Translations under genes and position numbers: made by a program
Origin: Elusimicrobiota bacterium
GTDB taxonomy: Bacteria > Elusimicrobiota > Elusimicrobia > Elusimicrobiales > UBA9959
Assembly (NCBI GenBank): GCA_016207645.1
Contig: JACQPH010000075.1
Location: forward strand, 8,101 to 72,100
DNA length: 64,000 nt
Reading direction: 5' to 3'
Part shown: one piece after another, positions 56,066-64,000 of the stretch
How the letters are laid out: every line of letters begins with the position of its first letter
Numbering within the stretch: position 1 is the stretch's first letter
Notes under the pieces: model-generated
Databases searched by the model: none
Seen by the model: the letters and a program-made list of their open reading frames with translations, nothing else
What the model was told of the DNA's origin: nothing

Positions 56066-56959
56066 ATGAAGATAAAGACCATAACTTCCTCGTTTTTGAA
56101 GCCGCTGCTGCCGGCGCGCCGCAGGGATTCCCATAAGGGGGATTTCGGGCGCTTGCTGGTGGTAGCGGGTTCGCGGGGGATGGCGGGGGCGGCGGTGCTG
56201 GCGGTGCGCGCGGCGCTTAAGGCGGGGGCCGGGCTGGTGACGGTGGCCTGTCCGGAAAGCGAAAGGAAAATTATAGCCTGCGCCCTGCCGGAGGCCATGA
56301 CCTTCGGCGCGGACTCGGCGGGCGGGGCTTTTTCAGTTAAGGCCGCCGCGCAGGTGGCGGCTTTCGCCAGGCTGAAAAAGACGGACGCTCTGCTTCTCGG
56401 TCCCGGGCTGGGTTCTTCGGCGGGAGCCCGCGCTTTCGCGGTGAAGCTTCTGAAGACTTTAGCTCTCCCGGCCGTGATAGACGCCGACGGCCTGAACGCT
56501 CTGGCCGTCGCGGGTCTGCGCTCCTTTAAATTCGCCGCCGGGCCGCTGATCCTGACGCCGCATCCCGGTGAAGCGGAGCGGCTGCTCGGGAAGAAGCTCA
56601 AGGACAGGCCGGCGGCGGCGCTGGAACTGGCCGCCCTTTCCGGCGGCATTGTCGCTTTGAAGGGGGCGGGCACCCTGGTCTGCGGCGGGAAGACCGTGCT
56701 GAAGAACCCCACCGGCGGCCCGGCCCTGGCCAAGGGCGGGTCCGGCGATGTGCTGGCCGGTTTCTGCGCCGGCTTTTACGCCCAGGCCGGGCTCAGGCGC
56801 GGTTTCAACGCGGTGACGGCCCTGGAAAGCGCCGCGCTGGCGGTTTACCTGCACGGGCTTTGCGGGGACCTGGCCGCGGAAAAATTCACCGAGCGCTGCG
56901 TGCTGGCCGGCGAGCTGCTCGAGCTCCTCCCGGCGGCGATACGGAGCCTTAAGAAATGA
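56066..56959 (+). CDS. nnrD: ADP-dependent NAD(P)H-hydrate dehydratase (YjeF C-terminal type)
   Basis: HKGDFGRLLVVAGSRGMAGAAVLA and GGSGDVLAG motifs. Confidence 0.88.
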   Translation: MKIKTITSSFLKPLLPARRRDSHKGDFGRLLVVAGSRGMAGAAVLAVRAALKAGAGLVTVACPESERKIIACALPEAMTFGADSAGGAFSVKAAAQVAAFARLKKTDALLLGPGLGSSAGARAFAVKLLKTLALPAVIDADGLNALAVAGLRSFKFAAGPLILTPHPGEAERLLGKKLKDRPAAALELAALSGGIVALKGAGTLVCGGKTVLKNPTGGPALAKGGSGDVLAGFCAGFYAQAGLRRGFNAVTALESAALAVYLHGLCGDLAAEKFTERCVLAGELLELLPAAIRSLKK

Positions 56960-57930
56960 AAAACAGGAAGACCGGAGAAGCCAGGCTGCTGGAGCATATA
57001 GAAAAGACTTTCCGGTTCCCGCTGGACCGCCGCCTGCTGCTGGGGCCCGGCGACGACTGCGCCGTGCTGCGGCACGCGCCGGGCAAGGACCTGGTGATAA
57101 CCACCGACGAGCTGGTGGAAGGCACGCATTACCTCGCGCGCTTCGCCGCCCCTGAGGACCTGGCCAGGAAGCTTATCCGCATCAACCTGAGCGACCTGGC
57201 CTCCATGGGCGAAGTTACTCCCGTTTCCTGCGTGGTGGGCTCGGGGCTGCGGAAGGATACGCCTGAAGATTTTATCCTGCGCTTCATGAAGGAGCTCAAG
57301 GCCGAGGCGCTGCGCTTCGGCATCTCCATAGCAGGCGGCAATCTGGCGGGGGCGCGCGAGAACCATTTCTACATGACGGTCTGGGGGGAATCCGGCGGCT
57401 CGGAACTCGTGACGCGCTACGGCGCGAAACCCGGCGACCTGCTTTTCAATTTCGGCCCGCTGGGCCTGGCCGCGGCGGGACTGGAAATACTGCTGGGCGG
57501 CCGGGCGGCGGAAAAGAAAAAGTTCCCGGGTCTGGTAAAGGCTTTCTGGCGGCCCGAGCCGCTGCTGAAGGCGGGCGCGCTGCTGGGCAGGACCGGACTC
57601 GCCTCGGCCATGCTGGACAATTCCGACGGTCTGGCGCGGAGCGCGGCGATAATCTCGGAACTTTCACGCTGCCGCGTCCTCGTCAGCCCGGGCGAGGGCG
57701 CCTGCCCGCCGGAGCTGAGGGCCTACAGCGCTTTGAAGAAAAAGCCCTGGCGCCATTATGCCGTCAACGGCGGGGAGGACTATGGCCTTATCTTCACCTC
57801 TCCCGCGAAGGAACTGGCCCGGATCAAAGCGCTGCTCCCGGGCGCGCTGGTCGTAGGGCGGCTGGAAAAGGGTTCCGGCTCCGAGCTGGAGAATTTCAAT
57901 GGCAAGGTCGAAAGCTTCGAGCACTTTTAG
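56956..57930 (+). CDS. thiL: thiamine-monophosphate kinase
   Basis: GPGDDCAVL and TTDELVEGTH motifs. Confidence 0.9.
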   Translation: MKNRKTGEARLLEHIEKTFRFPLDRRLLLGPGDDCAVLRHAPGKDLVITTDELVEGTHYLARFAAPEDLARKLIRINLSDLASMGEVTPVSCVVGSGLRKDTPEDFILRFMKELKAEALRFGISIAGGNLAGARENHFYMTVWGESGGSELVTRYGAKPGDLLFNFGPLGLAAAGLEILLGGRAAEKKKFPGLVKAFWRPEPLLKAGALLGRTGLASAMLDNSDGLARSAAIISELSRCRVLVSPGEGACPPELRAYSALKKKPWRHYAVNGGEDYGLIFTSPAKELARIKALLPGALVVGRLEKGSGSELENFNGKVESFEHF

Positions 57931-58384
57931 CGTAAGCAGTTCCTGTCCCGCGGACACGGCGCGGCTGGCGGGGCTGTTCGCCGCCGGTCTCAAAGGCGGG
58001 GACGCTGTTTTTCTGGAGGGGCCGATAGGCTCCGGGAAGACTTTTTTCGTGCGGGAGCTGGCCGCGGCGCTGGGCGCCAAAAGACTGCCTGTCAGCGCCA
58101 GCTTCAACCTGATGCGCGCCTACCGGGGCCGCCTGAAGCTCTACCATTTCGACCTGTTCCGCGCCGGGGAAGCCGACATGGAGAATATCGGCCTGGACGA
58201 ATACCTGGGCCGCGCCGACGGCATAACCGCCGTGGAGTGGCCGGCCGCCGCCGGGACCTGCGGCGTGGAGCCGATAAAGCTGGAATTCGAGCTGGCCGGG
58301 GGCGACCGCAGGCTGATAAAGATGAACGCCGGAGCCGACGACCGGCGGAAACTCGCCGCTATAGAGGGTGAATGGAAAAAATAA
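57899..58384 (+). CDS. tsaE: tRNA t6A biosynthesis ATPase TsaE
   Basis: LEGPIGSGKTFFVREL P-loop; HFDLFR motif; start uncertain (overlaps thiL). Confidence 0.85.
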   Translation: MARSKASSTFSVSSSCPADTARLAGLFAAGLKGGDAVFLEGPIGSGKTFFVRELAAALGAKRLPVSASFNLMRAYRGRLKLYHFDLFRAGEADMENIGLDEYLGRADGITAVEWPAAAGTCGVEPIKLEFELAGGDRRLIKMNAGADDRRKLAAIEGEWKK

Positions 58385-59085
58385 TTCTTGGCCTCTGCAC
58401 TTCGGGCTCCAGGCTGAAGGTCTCGGTCCTGGCAGGGGGGCGCTTTTTCCAGGCGCAGAAAAAAGTTTTCAACCAGGAGCGCGTCCTGTTCCCCCTGGTC
58501 AAAAGAGAGCTGAAAAAAGCCGGCGCCGAACTGCGCGGCGTCACGGCGGTCTGCGCGGCGCGCGGCCCCGGGCGTTTCACGGGCATCCGCATTTCCCTGA
58601 CCCTGGCCGGAGCTTTGAAGGCTATGGCCGGCGCGCGGGTCTATACCGCCACGCTTTTTGAGATACTGGCGCTGCAGGCTGCGGAAAGCGCTCATTTCAG
58701 GACCTGGGCGGGAAAGACCGGGGGGACCAGAATAGCCGCGCTGCTGCACGCTTTTAAGGACGAATATTTCTGCCAGTTCTTCACCGCGGGAAAACTTCCG
58801 CGCCCGGAAGGGGAGCCGGTGTGGCTGAAAGAGGATGAAATGCGCAGGCTGCTGTCGGGGAAAGGCTCGCCTTTTTACGCGATAGCCGACGCCGAGGAAG
58901 CCCCCGGCATTTACGGCCTGCTTCCGTCAACCGCGGTAAAAGCGCCGCCGGCTCTCTCCAGAATGATCCCGGCCTATAGCATCAAAGCCGCGCTGGCTTA
59001 CAAGAACGGAACGCTGAAGCCGCTTTACCTGAAACCCGCGAAATACGAGCTGGAGAGCAAGAAGCCGGTCCTGCCCATATGCTGA
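58372..59085 (+). CDS. tsaB: tRNA t6A biosynthesis protein TsaB
   Basis: ARGPGRFTGIRISLTLAGAL motif; tsaE-tsaB-rimI order. Confidence 0.85.
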   Translation: MEKIILGLCTSGSRLKVSVLAGGRFFQAQKKVFNQERVLFPLVKRELKKAGAELRGVTAVCAARGPGRFTGIRISLTLAGALKAMAGARVYTATLFEILALQAAESAHFRTWAGKTGGTRIAALLHAFKDEYFCQFFTAGKLPRPEGEPVWLKEDEMRRLLSGKGSPFYAIADAEEAPGIYGLLPSTAVKAPPALSRMIPAYSIKAALAYKNGTLKPLYLKPAKYELESKKPVLPIC

Positions 59086-59528
59086 TCCGCAGGGCGAGAA
59101 AAGAGGATTATCCCGCTTTCGCCGCTATCGAGGCCGGGCAGCCGGGCTACCCGGCCTGGGGCGTAAAAGGTTTCGAAGCCGAAGAGCGGAACCGCAACTC
59201 GGTCACGCTGGCCGCCGAGCTGGACGGGCAGGCGGCGGGGTTCATGAATTTCTGGGTGCTCAGGCCGCAGGTGCAGCTCAATACCCTGGCCGTGGGCCGG
59301 GCCTTCCTGAGGCGCGGCGCGGCCGCGGCCCTGCTGGGCAAACTGTTCGAATACGCCGCCAAGAGCGCCTGCCGGGAGATAGACCTGGAAGTGAACGAGC
59401 ATAACGCCCCGGCCATAGCGCTCTACGCCTCGCGCGGCTTCGAGGTGGTCGGGAAAAGGCCAAAATTCTATAATAACACCGATGCGGCTTTGCTGATGCG
59501 AAAGGCGCTTCCCTCAAAGGACTTATGA
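59079..59528 (+). CDS. rimI: GNAT acetyltransferase, RimI-like
   Basis: RRGAAAALLGKL acetyl-CoA motif region, YASRGFEVVG; synteny with tsaB. Confidence 0.8.
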   Translation: MLIRRARKEDYPAFAAIEAGQPGYPAWGVKGFEAEERNRNSVTLAAELDGQAAGFMNFWVLRPQVQLNTLAVGRAFLRRGAAAALLGKLFEYAAKSACREIDLEVNEHNAPAIALYASRGFEVVGKRPKFYNNTDAALLMRKALPSKDL

Positions 59529-61681
59529 TCAAAAGACTTCTCAACAGCGTTCTCCTGCTGGCCTCTTTCGCTTCGGTCTCGGCGGCCGCGGCCGACAAGG
59601 AAGCCTACCTGCACTTCATGACCGGCATGGTGCAGGAGCGGAAGGGCAACTACGATACCGCCCTGCAGGAATACCGCCGCACGATGCTGCTGGACCCGCA
59701 GTCGGTGTACGTCTATAAGCAGGCGCTCAACCTGGCCCTGCATATAGGCAAAGTGGACGACGCCGCCGAGTGGGCCGAGTTCGTGGTGCGGACCGACTCC
59801 GCCACCGCGGACAACTGGGTGCTTTACGGCAATGTGAAGTGGGCCCGGGGCGACCTGGACGGGGCGCGAGCGGCTTATGAAAGAGCGGTCGAGCTGGACC
59901 CGGCCTCCCACGAGGCCCTCTACCAGCTCGCCAGCCTGAGCAGCTCGCGCGGCCCGGACAAGGCCATAGGCTACCTCCGGAAATACCTGGAGCTGCGCCC
60001 CGAGGACGCCGCGGAGGTCTATTACCAGATAGCCGTGCTTTACAATGCCAAAGGGGACGCCGCCGGCGTGAAGGAGAACCTGCTGAAGTCCAGGCAGGCC
60101 GACCCCTACTACCCCCAGCCCCGCTATATGCTGGCCAGCCTTTACGAGCTGAACAGCGACAGCGCGGCCGCGCTGGGCGAGTACCTGGAGCTGGTTACCC
60201 TGGAGCCGAAGAACATCGAGCTCCTCGACCGCGTGGGCGAGCTTTACGCCGGGCCCCTGCTGAACAACCTCGAAGAGGGCGAAAAATATTTCCTCAAGGC
60301 CTGGGCGCTGGACAAGAAGGACCCGGCCGCCTGCTTCTGGCTCTCGGTCATAAACGAGCAGAAAAGGGATTTCAACGCCGCGGCTTCCTACCTGGAGAAC
60401 TCCGCCGGGCTGAAGGACGACGCCGGCCTGGTGCTGCGCCTGGCCTATTACTACACGCAGAGCGGCCGCTATGAAAGGGCCATCGCCCTGCTCGAGCTGG
60501 CCATGAAGAAGTGGCCGGACAATATGGAGATAGCCTATTTCCTGGCGTTGGGCTACGACGACACCGGCAAGACCGACAGGTCGCGCGAGCTGCTGCGGAC
60601 CATTTTGGCCAGGGAGCCGGAGAACGCCGAGGCCCGCATGCAGTACGGGGTCATCAGCGAGCGCGAGAACGACATGCCCGCCGCCGAGGAGAGCTTCCGC
60701 TACCTGCTGCGCAAAAAGCCGGACAACGCCAACGTGCTGAACTACCTCGGCTATTCGCTGGCCGACCGGGGCCTGAAGCTGGACGAGGCCGAGCTGCTGA
60801 TCATGGGGGCCGTCTCCCTGGAGCCCGAGAACGGCGCCTTCCTGGATTCGCTGGCCTGGGTCAGGTTCAAGCGCGGGAACGTGCAGGGGGCGCTGGAGGG
60901 GATAAAGAGGGCGGTTAAAGCGGTCTACGACGACCCCGTGATCTGGGCGCATGCCGGGGATATTTACGAGGCCAACGGGGAGAACAACGTGGCCTGGCTG
61001 GCCTGGAGGAAGTCCTGGCTGCTGGAAAAACCCGCCAAGCGCGCCAAGGCCGCGGCCAGGCTGAAGGAGCTGCGGAAAAAAATAGAGCCCGGCGTGCTGC
61101 CGGCCCTGGAGCTGGCTTACCTGAAGAACTTCAGCCCCTCCGGCCTGGAATTCTCCTCCTTCGCCAAGGTGGAGGCGAAACTGCGGGGCAAGACCGTGAA
61201 ATTCGACGCCATCCTGCATTTCTCCCCGCCCTCCGATTTCAACCTGACCGTGATGGGCCCCCTGATGGTGCCGCTCTGGAAAGCCAAAGTTTCCGGCGGC
61301 GTCATGGACATGGACGCCATCTCGATAAAGGACATAGATTCCGGCTCTTTCAGCTACTGGGCTTCCCTCATAGCCGGCGAGCTGAGCGGCTGGTTCTCCG
61401 GCGAATACCTCGAAGGCGCGAAGGGCGGCGGCTGGCGGGAGCCCTGCTTCACCGGCGGCGGCAGGGAGGTCTGCCTGGACCCCGCCCTGGCCTGGCCGGA
61501 GGAGATAACCAACAAGGCCGAGGGCAAGCTGTCTTTCCGGCCCGGTAATTATTTCCTGAAAAACCTTTATCTTTTTCCCGAGACCCTGGATTTCAAGCTG
61601 CCTTTCGTCCTGGTGAAGATAACGCTGGACAAGAACCAGATGAATTTCGCCGGCGCGAACACGCTGAAGCTGCCCGACTGA
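59525..61681 (+). CDS. secreted TPR-repeat protein with possible LolB/DUF4292-like C-terminal domain
   Basis: Signal peptide; many 34-aa TPR units; C-terminal about 200 aa beta-rich region. Confidence 0.7.
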   Translation: MIKRLLNSVLLLASFASVSAAAADKEAYLHFMTGMVQERKGNYDTALQEYRRTMLLDPQSVYVYKQALNLALHIGKVDDAAEWAEFVVRTDSATADNWVLYGNVKWARGDLDGARAAYERAVELDPASHEALYQLASLSSSRGPDKAIGYLRKYLELRPEDAAEVYYQIAVLYNAKGDAAGVKENLLKSRQADPYYPQPRYMLASLYELNSDSAAALGEYLELVTLEPKNIELLDRVGELYAGPLLNNLEEGEKYFLKAWALDKKDPAACFWLSVINEQKRDFNAAASYLENSAGLKDDAGLVLRLAYYYTQSGRYERAIALLELAMKKWPDNMEIAYFLALGYDDTGKTDRSRELLRTILAREPENAEARMQYGVISERENDMPAAEESFRYLLRKKPDNANVLNYLGYSLADRGLKLDEAELLIMGAVSLEPENGAFLDSLAWVRFKRGNVQGALEGIKRAVKAVYDDPVIWAHAGDIYEANGENNVAWLAWRKSWLLEKPAKRAKAAARLKELRKKIEPGVLPALELAYLKNFSPSGLEFSSFAKVEAKLRGKTVKFDAILHFSPPSDFNLTVMGPLMVPLWKAKVSGGVMDMDAISIKDIDSGSFSYWASLIAGELSGWFSGEYLEGAKGGGWREPCFTGGGREVCLDPALAWPEEITNKAEGKLSFRPGNYFLKNLYLFPETLDFKLPFVLVKITLDKNQMNFAGANTLKLPD

Positions 61682-61694
61682 GGAAGCGGGCGCC

Positions 61695-62564
61695 ATGATA
61701 ACACTTAAGGCCCGCGCCAAGCTCAATCTTTTCCTGGAGGTAACACGCCGCAGGCCGGACGGGTATCATGACCTGGCTACGCTTTTCGCCCGGATCGGGC
61801 TCTGCGACGGGCTTTCTTTCAGGAAGTCCGGGCCGGGGATCAGGTTGATAGTGAAAGGCGGGCCGCGCGGGCTCGGTCGGCCCGCGGAGAATATAGTTTT
61901 GAAAGCGGCGGCGGGGTTCTTCGAGGTTTTCGGCATAAGTCCGGCGGTTGAAATAAGGCTGGAAAAGAAGATCCCGGTGGGCGCCGGCCTGGGCGGCGGG
62001 TCTTCCGACGCCGCGGCGGCCCTGCTGGGCCTGGCCGGGCTTTATAAGCTGCCGCGCGGAGCTGCGGGGCGGCTGATGAAGCTAGCGGCAGAGCTGGGCT
62101 CGGACGTGCCTTTCTTCATGCTCGGGGCTGCCATGGCAGAGGGGACAGGCAGGGGGGAGAAGTTGAAGGTACTTAAGCCGGCGGGAAGTCTGCCGCATAT
62201 CGTGCTGGTCTATCCCGGCGTTCCGGTCTATACTAATGAAGTTTACTGCAGGCTGAAACCGGGCGGAGTTTCCGAAATAAAAAAGCGCTTGAAGGATTTT
62301 CACAAGCTGTCGGGGCTGCTGAAAAAAGGCGGGGATTTCGGCCCCCTGCTTTTCAACCGGCTGGAGGAGCCGGTGCTGCCTAAGCACAAGGCGGTGAGGC
62401 TGGCGAAGGAAAAACTGCTGGAACTGGGGGCGGACGCGGCCCTGATGTCGGGTTCGGGGGCCTCGGTTTTCGGCCTTTGCCGGAACAGGGCGAAAGCGGC
62501 CCGGCTGGCGGCCCAGATGAAGTGTATCCGCGGTTACTCTGTATTTTTGACTAAATTTTGCTAG
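61695..62564 (+). CDS. ispE: 4-diphosphocytidyl-2-C-methyl-D-erythritol kinase
   Basis: AKLNLFLEV, PVGAGLGGGSSDAAA GHMP motif. Confidence 0.93.
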   Translation: MITLKARAKLNLFLEVTRRRPDGYHDLATLFARIGLCDGLSFRKSGPGIRLIVKGGPRGLGRPAENIVLKAAAGFFEVFGISPAVEIRLEKKIPVGAGLGGGSSDAAAALLGLAGLYKLPRGAAGRLMKLAAELGSDVPFFMLGAAMAEGTGRGEKLKVLKPAGSLPHIVLVYPGVPVYTNEVYCRLKPGGVSEIKKRLKDFHKLSGLLKKGGDFGPLLFNRLEEPVLPKHKAVRLAKEKLLELGADAALMSGSGASVFGLCRNRAKAARLAAQMKCIRGYSVFLTKFC

Positions 62565-62653
62565 AATTCCAGTTAGTTGAACATTGTTACGCTGCCTTGC
62601 CGGAAGTAGAAGCGCTCTGTGTTTCTGTGGGGGGGCGGTAATAGGGGGGGAAT

Positions 62654-62962
62654 ATGGAAATCACCGAAGTGAGGATACATCTCAGGAACGAGGCTCGCCT
62701 TAAGGCTTTCGCCACTGTTACCTTTGAAAACGCGTTCGTTGTGCACAATATGAAGGTGGTGAGCGGCAACAACGGGCTGATAGTGTGCATGCCGTCCAGG
62801 AAGATCAAGGACGGCACGTACAAGGACATCGCTCATCCTATCAATAACGAGTTCCGCGGCGTGCTGGAGCGGCTCATACTTAAGGAGTATGAGGCGGAAG
62901 TGGCGAAGGCCGGCCCGTTGCCGGTCCAGACCCAGACCGAAGGCTTCGCCGAGGGCGTTTAA
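62654..62962 (+). CDS. spoVG: septation protein SpoVG
   Basis: MEITEVRIHL...LKAFATVTFENAFVVHNMKV signature. Confidence 0.93.
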   Translation: MEITEVRIHLRNEARLKAFATVTFENAFVVHNMKVVSGNNGLIVCMPSRKIKDGTYKDIAHPINNEFRGVLERLILKEYEAEVAKAGPLPVQTQTEGFAEGV

Positions 62963-62984
62963 CCCTATGCGGTAAGGTTTCAGA

Positions 62985-63017
62985 CCCTTCCCGCGGGCCG
63001 CGGGAAGGGTTTTCGTG
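62985..63017 (+). terminator. intrinsic terminator
   Basis: CCCTTCCCGCG-GGC-CGCGGGAAGGG followed by TTTTCGTG. Confidence 0.8.
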
Positions 63018-63039
63018 CTTGCGGTAAAGTTTGTTTTAT

Positions 63040-63110
63040 TCCCGGGTGGTGTAACGGTAGCACAACCGACTTTGACTCGGTTAGACATGGTTCAAATCCA
63101 TGCCCGGGAG
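63040..63110 (+). tRNA. tRNA-Gln (anticodon UUG)
   Basis: Hand-folded: acceptor TCCCGGG/CCCGGGA, anticodon stem ACCGA/TCGGT with loop CTTTGAC, T-arm CATGG-TTCAAAT-CCATG. Confidence 0.85.
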
Positions 63111-63328
63111 TGGCTTTAATAAGGCAACGGCAGGCCTGCAAGTTCGCGGGCGTCCAGGGGACAGGAACGCAAAACCGGCGTCGCGCACACCGTGCGCGCG
63201 CCTGCCGGTCTCGGACTCGGCGCTTACGCAAGCCTCGTCCTCCGACGGGCTTTTGCTAACCCTGTCCCCCGGCCGCCCGCTCCAATTATCATGCCTGCCG
63301 CTTTCTTAAATAGGCGTTATTACTGGGG

Positions 63329-63357
63329 TTGACAAAGTGTAACACTTGTGTTACACT
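63329..63357 (+). promoter_or_regulatory. promoter TTGACA-17-TACACT with embedded palindromic operator
   Basis: TTGACA 63329-63334, TACACT 63352-63357; inverted repeat GTGTAACAC-TT-GTGTTACAC at 63337-63356 spans the spacer and -10. Confidence 0.6.
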
Positions 63358-63373
63358 ATGAGGGAGGGGAAAT

Positions 63374-63601
63374 ATGCCCGCTAAAAATCCGAGAGTCAAT
63401 ATAGTCCTGGATCAGACGCTTTATAACGTGCTGGGCCGGATGGCGCAGCGCGACGGGATCTCCATGTCGCTCGAAGCCCGCGACCTTATAAAGGAAGCCC
63501 TGGAGGCTAAAGAGGACATTTACTGGGATATCGTCGCGTCCGAAAGGAAGCGCACCTACTCGGCCAAAAAGGCCCTCTCCCATAAAGACATCTGGAAATA
63601 A
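63374..63601 (+). CDS. ribbon-helix-helix antitoxin (RelB/CopG-like)
   Basis: 75 aa, RVNIVLDQTLYNVLGRMAQRDGISMS RHH pattern; immediately precedes the toxin. Confidence 0.75.
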   Translation: MPAKNPRVNIVLDQTLYNVLGRMAQRDGISMSLEARDLIKEALEAKEDIYWDIVASERKRTYSAKKALSHKDIWK

Positions 63602-63871
63602 ATGCTTTTCGAACCGAAATATCACCCGGAAGTGGCGCGGGATATCTCGGGCTTTCCGCAGAACATCAAGTTCCGCATCCGCAAAGCCATAGAAGACCGC
63701 CTTATCCTCGACCCGGTAAAATTCGGCGAGCCGCTGCGCCGCAGCCTCGCCGGCTACCGTAAACTGCGCGTAGGCGACTACCGCGTGATCTACCAGGTCC
63801 AGGGCCGGACCGTGCTCATCCTCAAGATCGGCCACCGCAGCGAAGTCTACAAAAAATCCGGTCGAACCTGA
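63602..63871 (+). CDS. RelE/ParE-family toxin
   Basis: 89 aa, ...LRVGDYRVIYQVQGRTVLILKIGHRSEVYK signature; ATG directly follows the antitoxin stop. Confidence 0.85.
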   Translation: MLFEPKYHPEVARDISGFPQNIKFRIRKAIEDRLILDPVKFGEPLRRSLAGYRKLRVGDYRVIYQVQGRTVLILKIGHRSEVYKKSGRT

Positions 63872-64000
63872 CCTTTTTTGCACTTGCTAAAAGCTTATCC
63901 CTCTGCTATAATATAGGCTAAACCACTTATAATAAGTGTTGTGGCATATAATATGTATAACCGACAGGAGTTAACAAACGCTCTGGATTTATTAGCCCAA

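Noticed and set aside
53558-56134. 858-aa minus-strand ORF. Similar very long ORFs occur at 5956-7761(-), 18650-20395(-), 27752-29482(-), 39636-41495(-), 41837-43672(-), 59468-61726(-) and 48769-50787(+).
   Set aside because: Each lies antisense to a gene with clear family motifs (glmS, lysC, secY, mrdA, PLD, ftsH, TPR, kinase). Their translations are Arg/Gly/Ala/Pro-rich and low complexity, with no recognisable motifs. This is typical of shadow ORFs in GC-rich DNA.

Overview
GC-rich bacterial chromosomal window made up almost entirely of core genes. I could run no homology search, so all calls rest on reading the translated ORFs and the DNA. No phylum is assigned.

Gene content, left to right:
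- Left flank: RRM RNA-binding protein, a secreted kinase-like protein and histidine phosphatase pair, RluA, an L,D-transpeptidase-like protein, a Cys-repeat secreted protein, lysC, a REC-MBL response regulator and a VOC protein.
- A complete S10-spc-alpha ribosomal cluster (rplC through rplQ, with secY, adk, map, infA, rpmJ and rpoA). It has no rpsJ at its head and no rpmD.
- mreBCD-mrdA-rodA, a DUF2344-like gene plus rng, an amidase and murI.
- A small accessory patch: hicA, a lipoprotein, and a ComB-like gene followed by queC-queE.
- A PLD-family protein, hpt-ftsH-cdaA, and a roughly 7 kb mixed segment (deacetylase, GDPD, orphan OmpR regulator, FlgO-like protein, hybrid histidine kinase plus CheY, recombinase remnant, two tRNA-Ser).
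- glmM-pdxJ-glmS-acpS-nnrD-thiL-tsaE-tsaB-rimI, a TPR protein, ispE, spoVG, tRNA-Gln and a RelB/RelE pair.
- No rRNA and no CRISPR array.

I do not see a convincing multi-gene novel defence or biosynthetic system. The most unusual signals are structural:
1. A dispersed family of hairpins with a 7-nt period, built from tandem heptamers (AAAGGAT/AAAGGCT type and AGGGTAG type, the latter G-quadruplex capable). They sit between cistrons, and copies in opposite orientation at distant loci are exact or near-exact.
2. A three-copy MITE/REP-like long palindrome with a conserved core and compensatory stem changes. One copy abuts the stop codon of a cdaR truncated to its N-terminal helix.
3. A 26-aa two-cysteine tandem-repeat secreted protein.
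4. A secreted kinase-like protein adjacent to a secreted histidine phosphatase.
5. Several genes with a -10 box ending 6 nt before the ATG, suggesting leaderless mRNAs.
6. Two promoter-to-terminator intergenic units that may be small RNAs.

Many long ORFs in the six-frame track are antisense shadows of real genes, as expected in GC-rich DNA, and were rejected.
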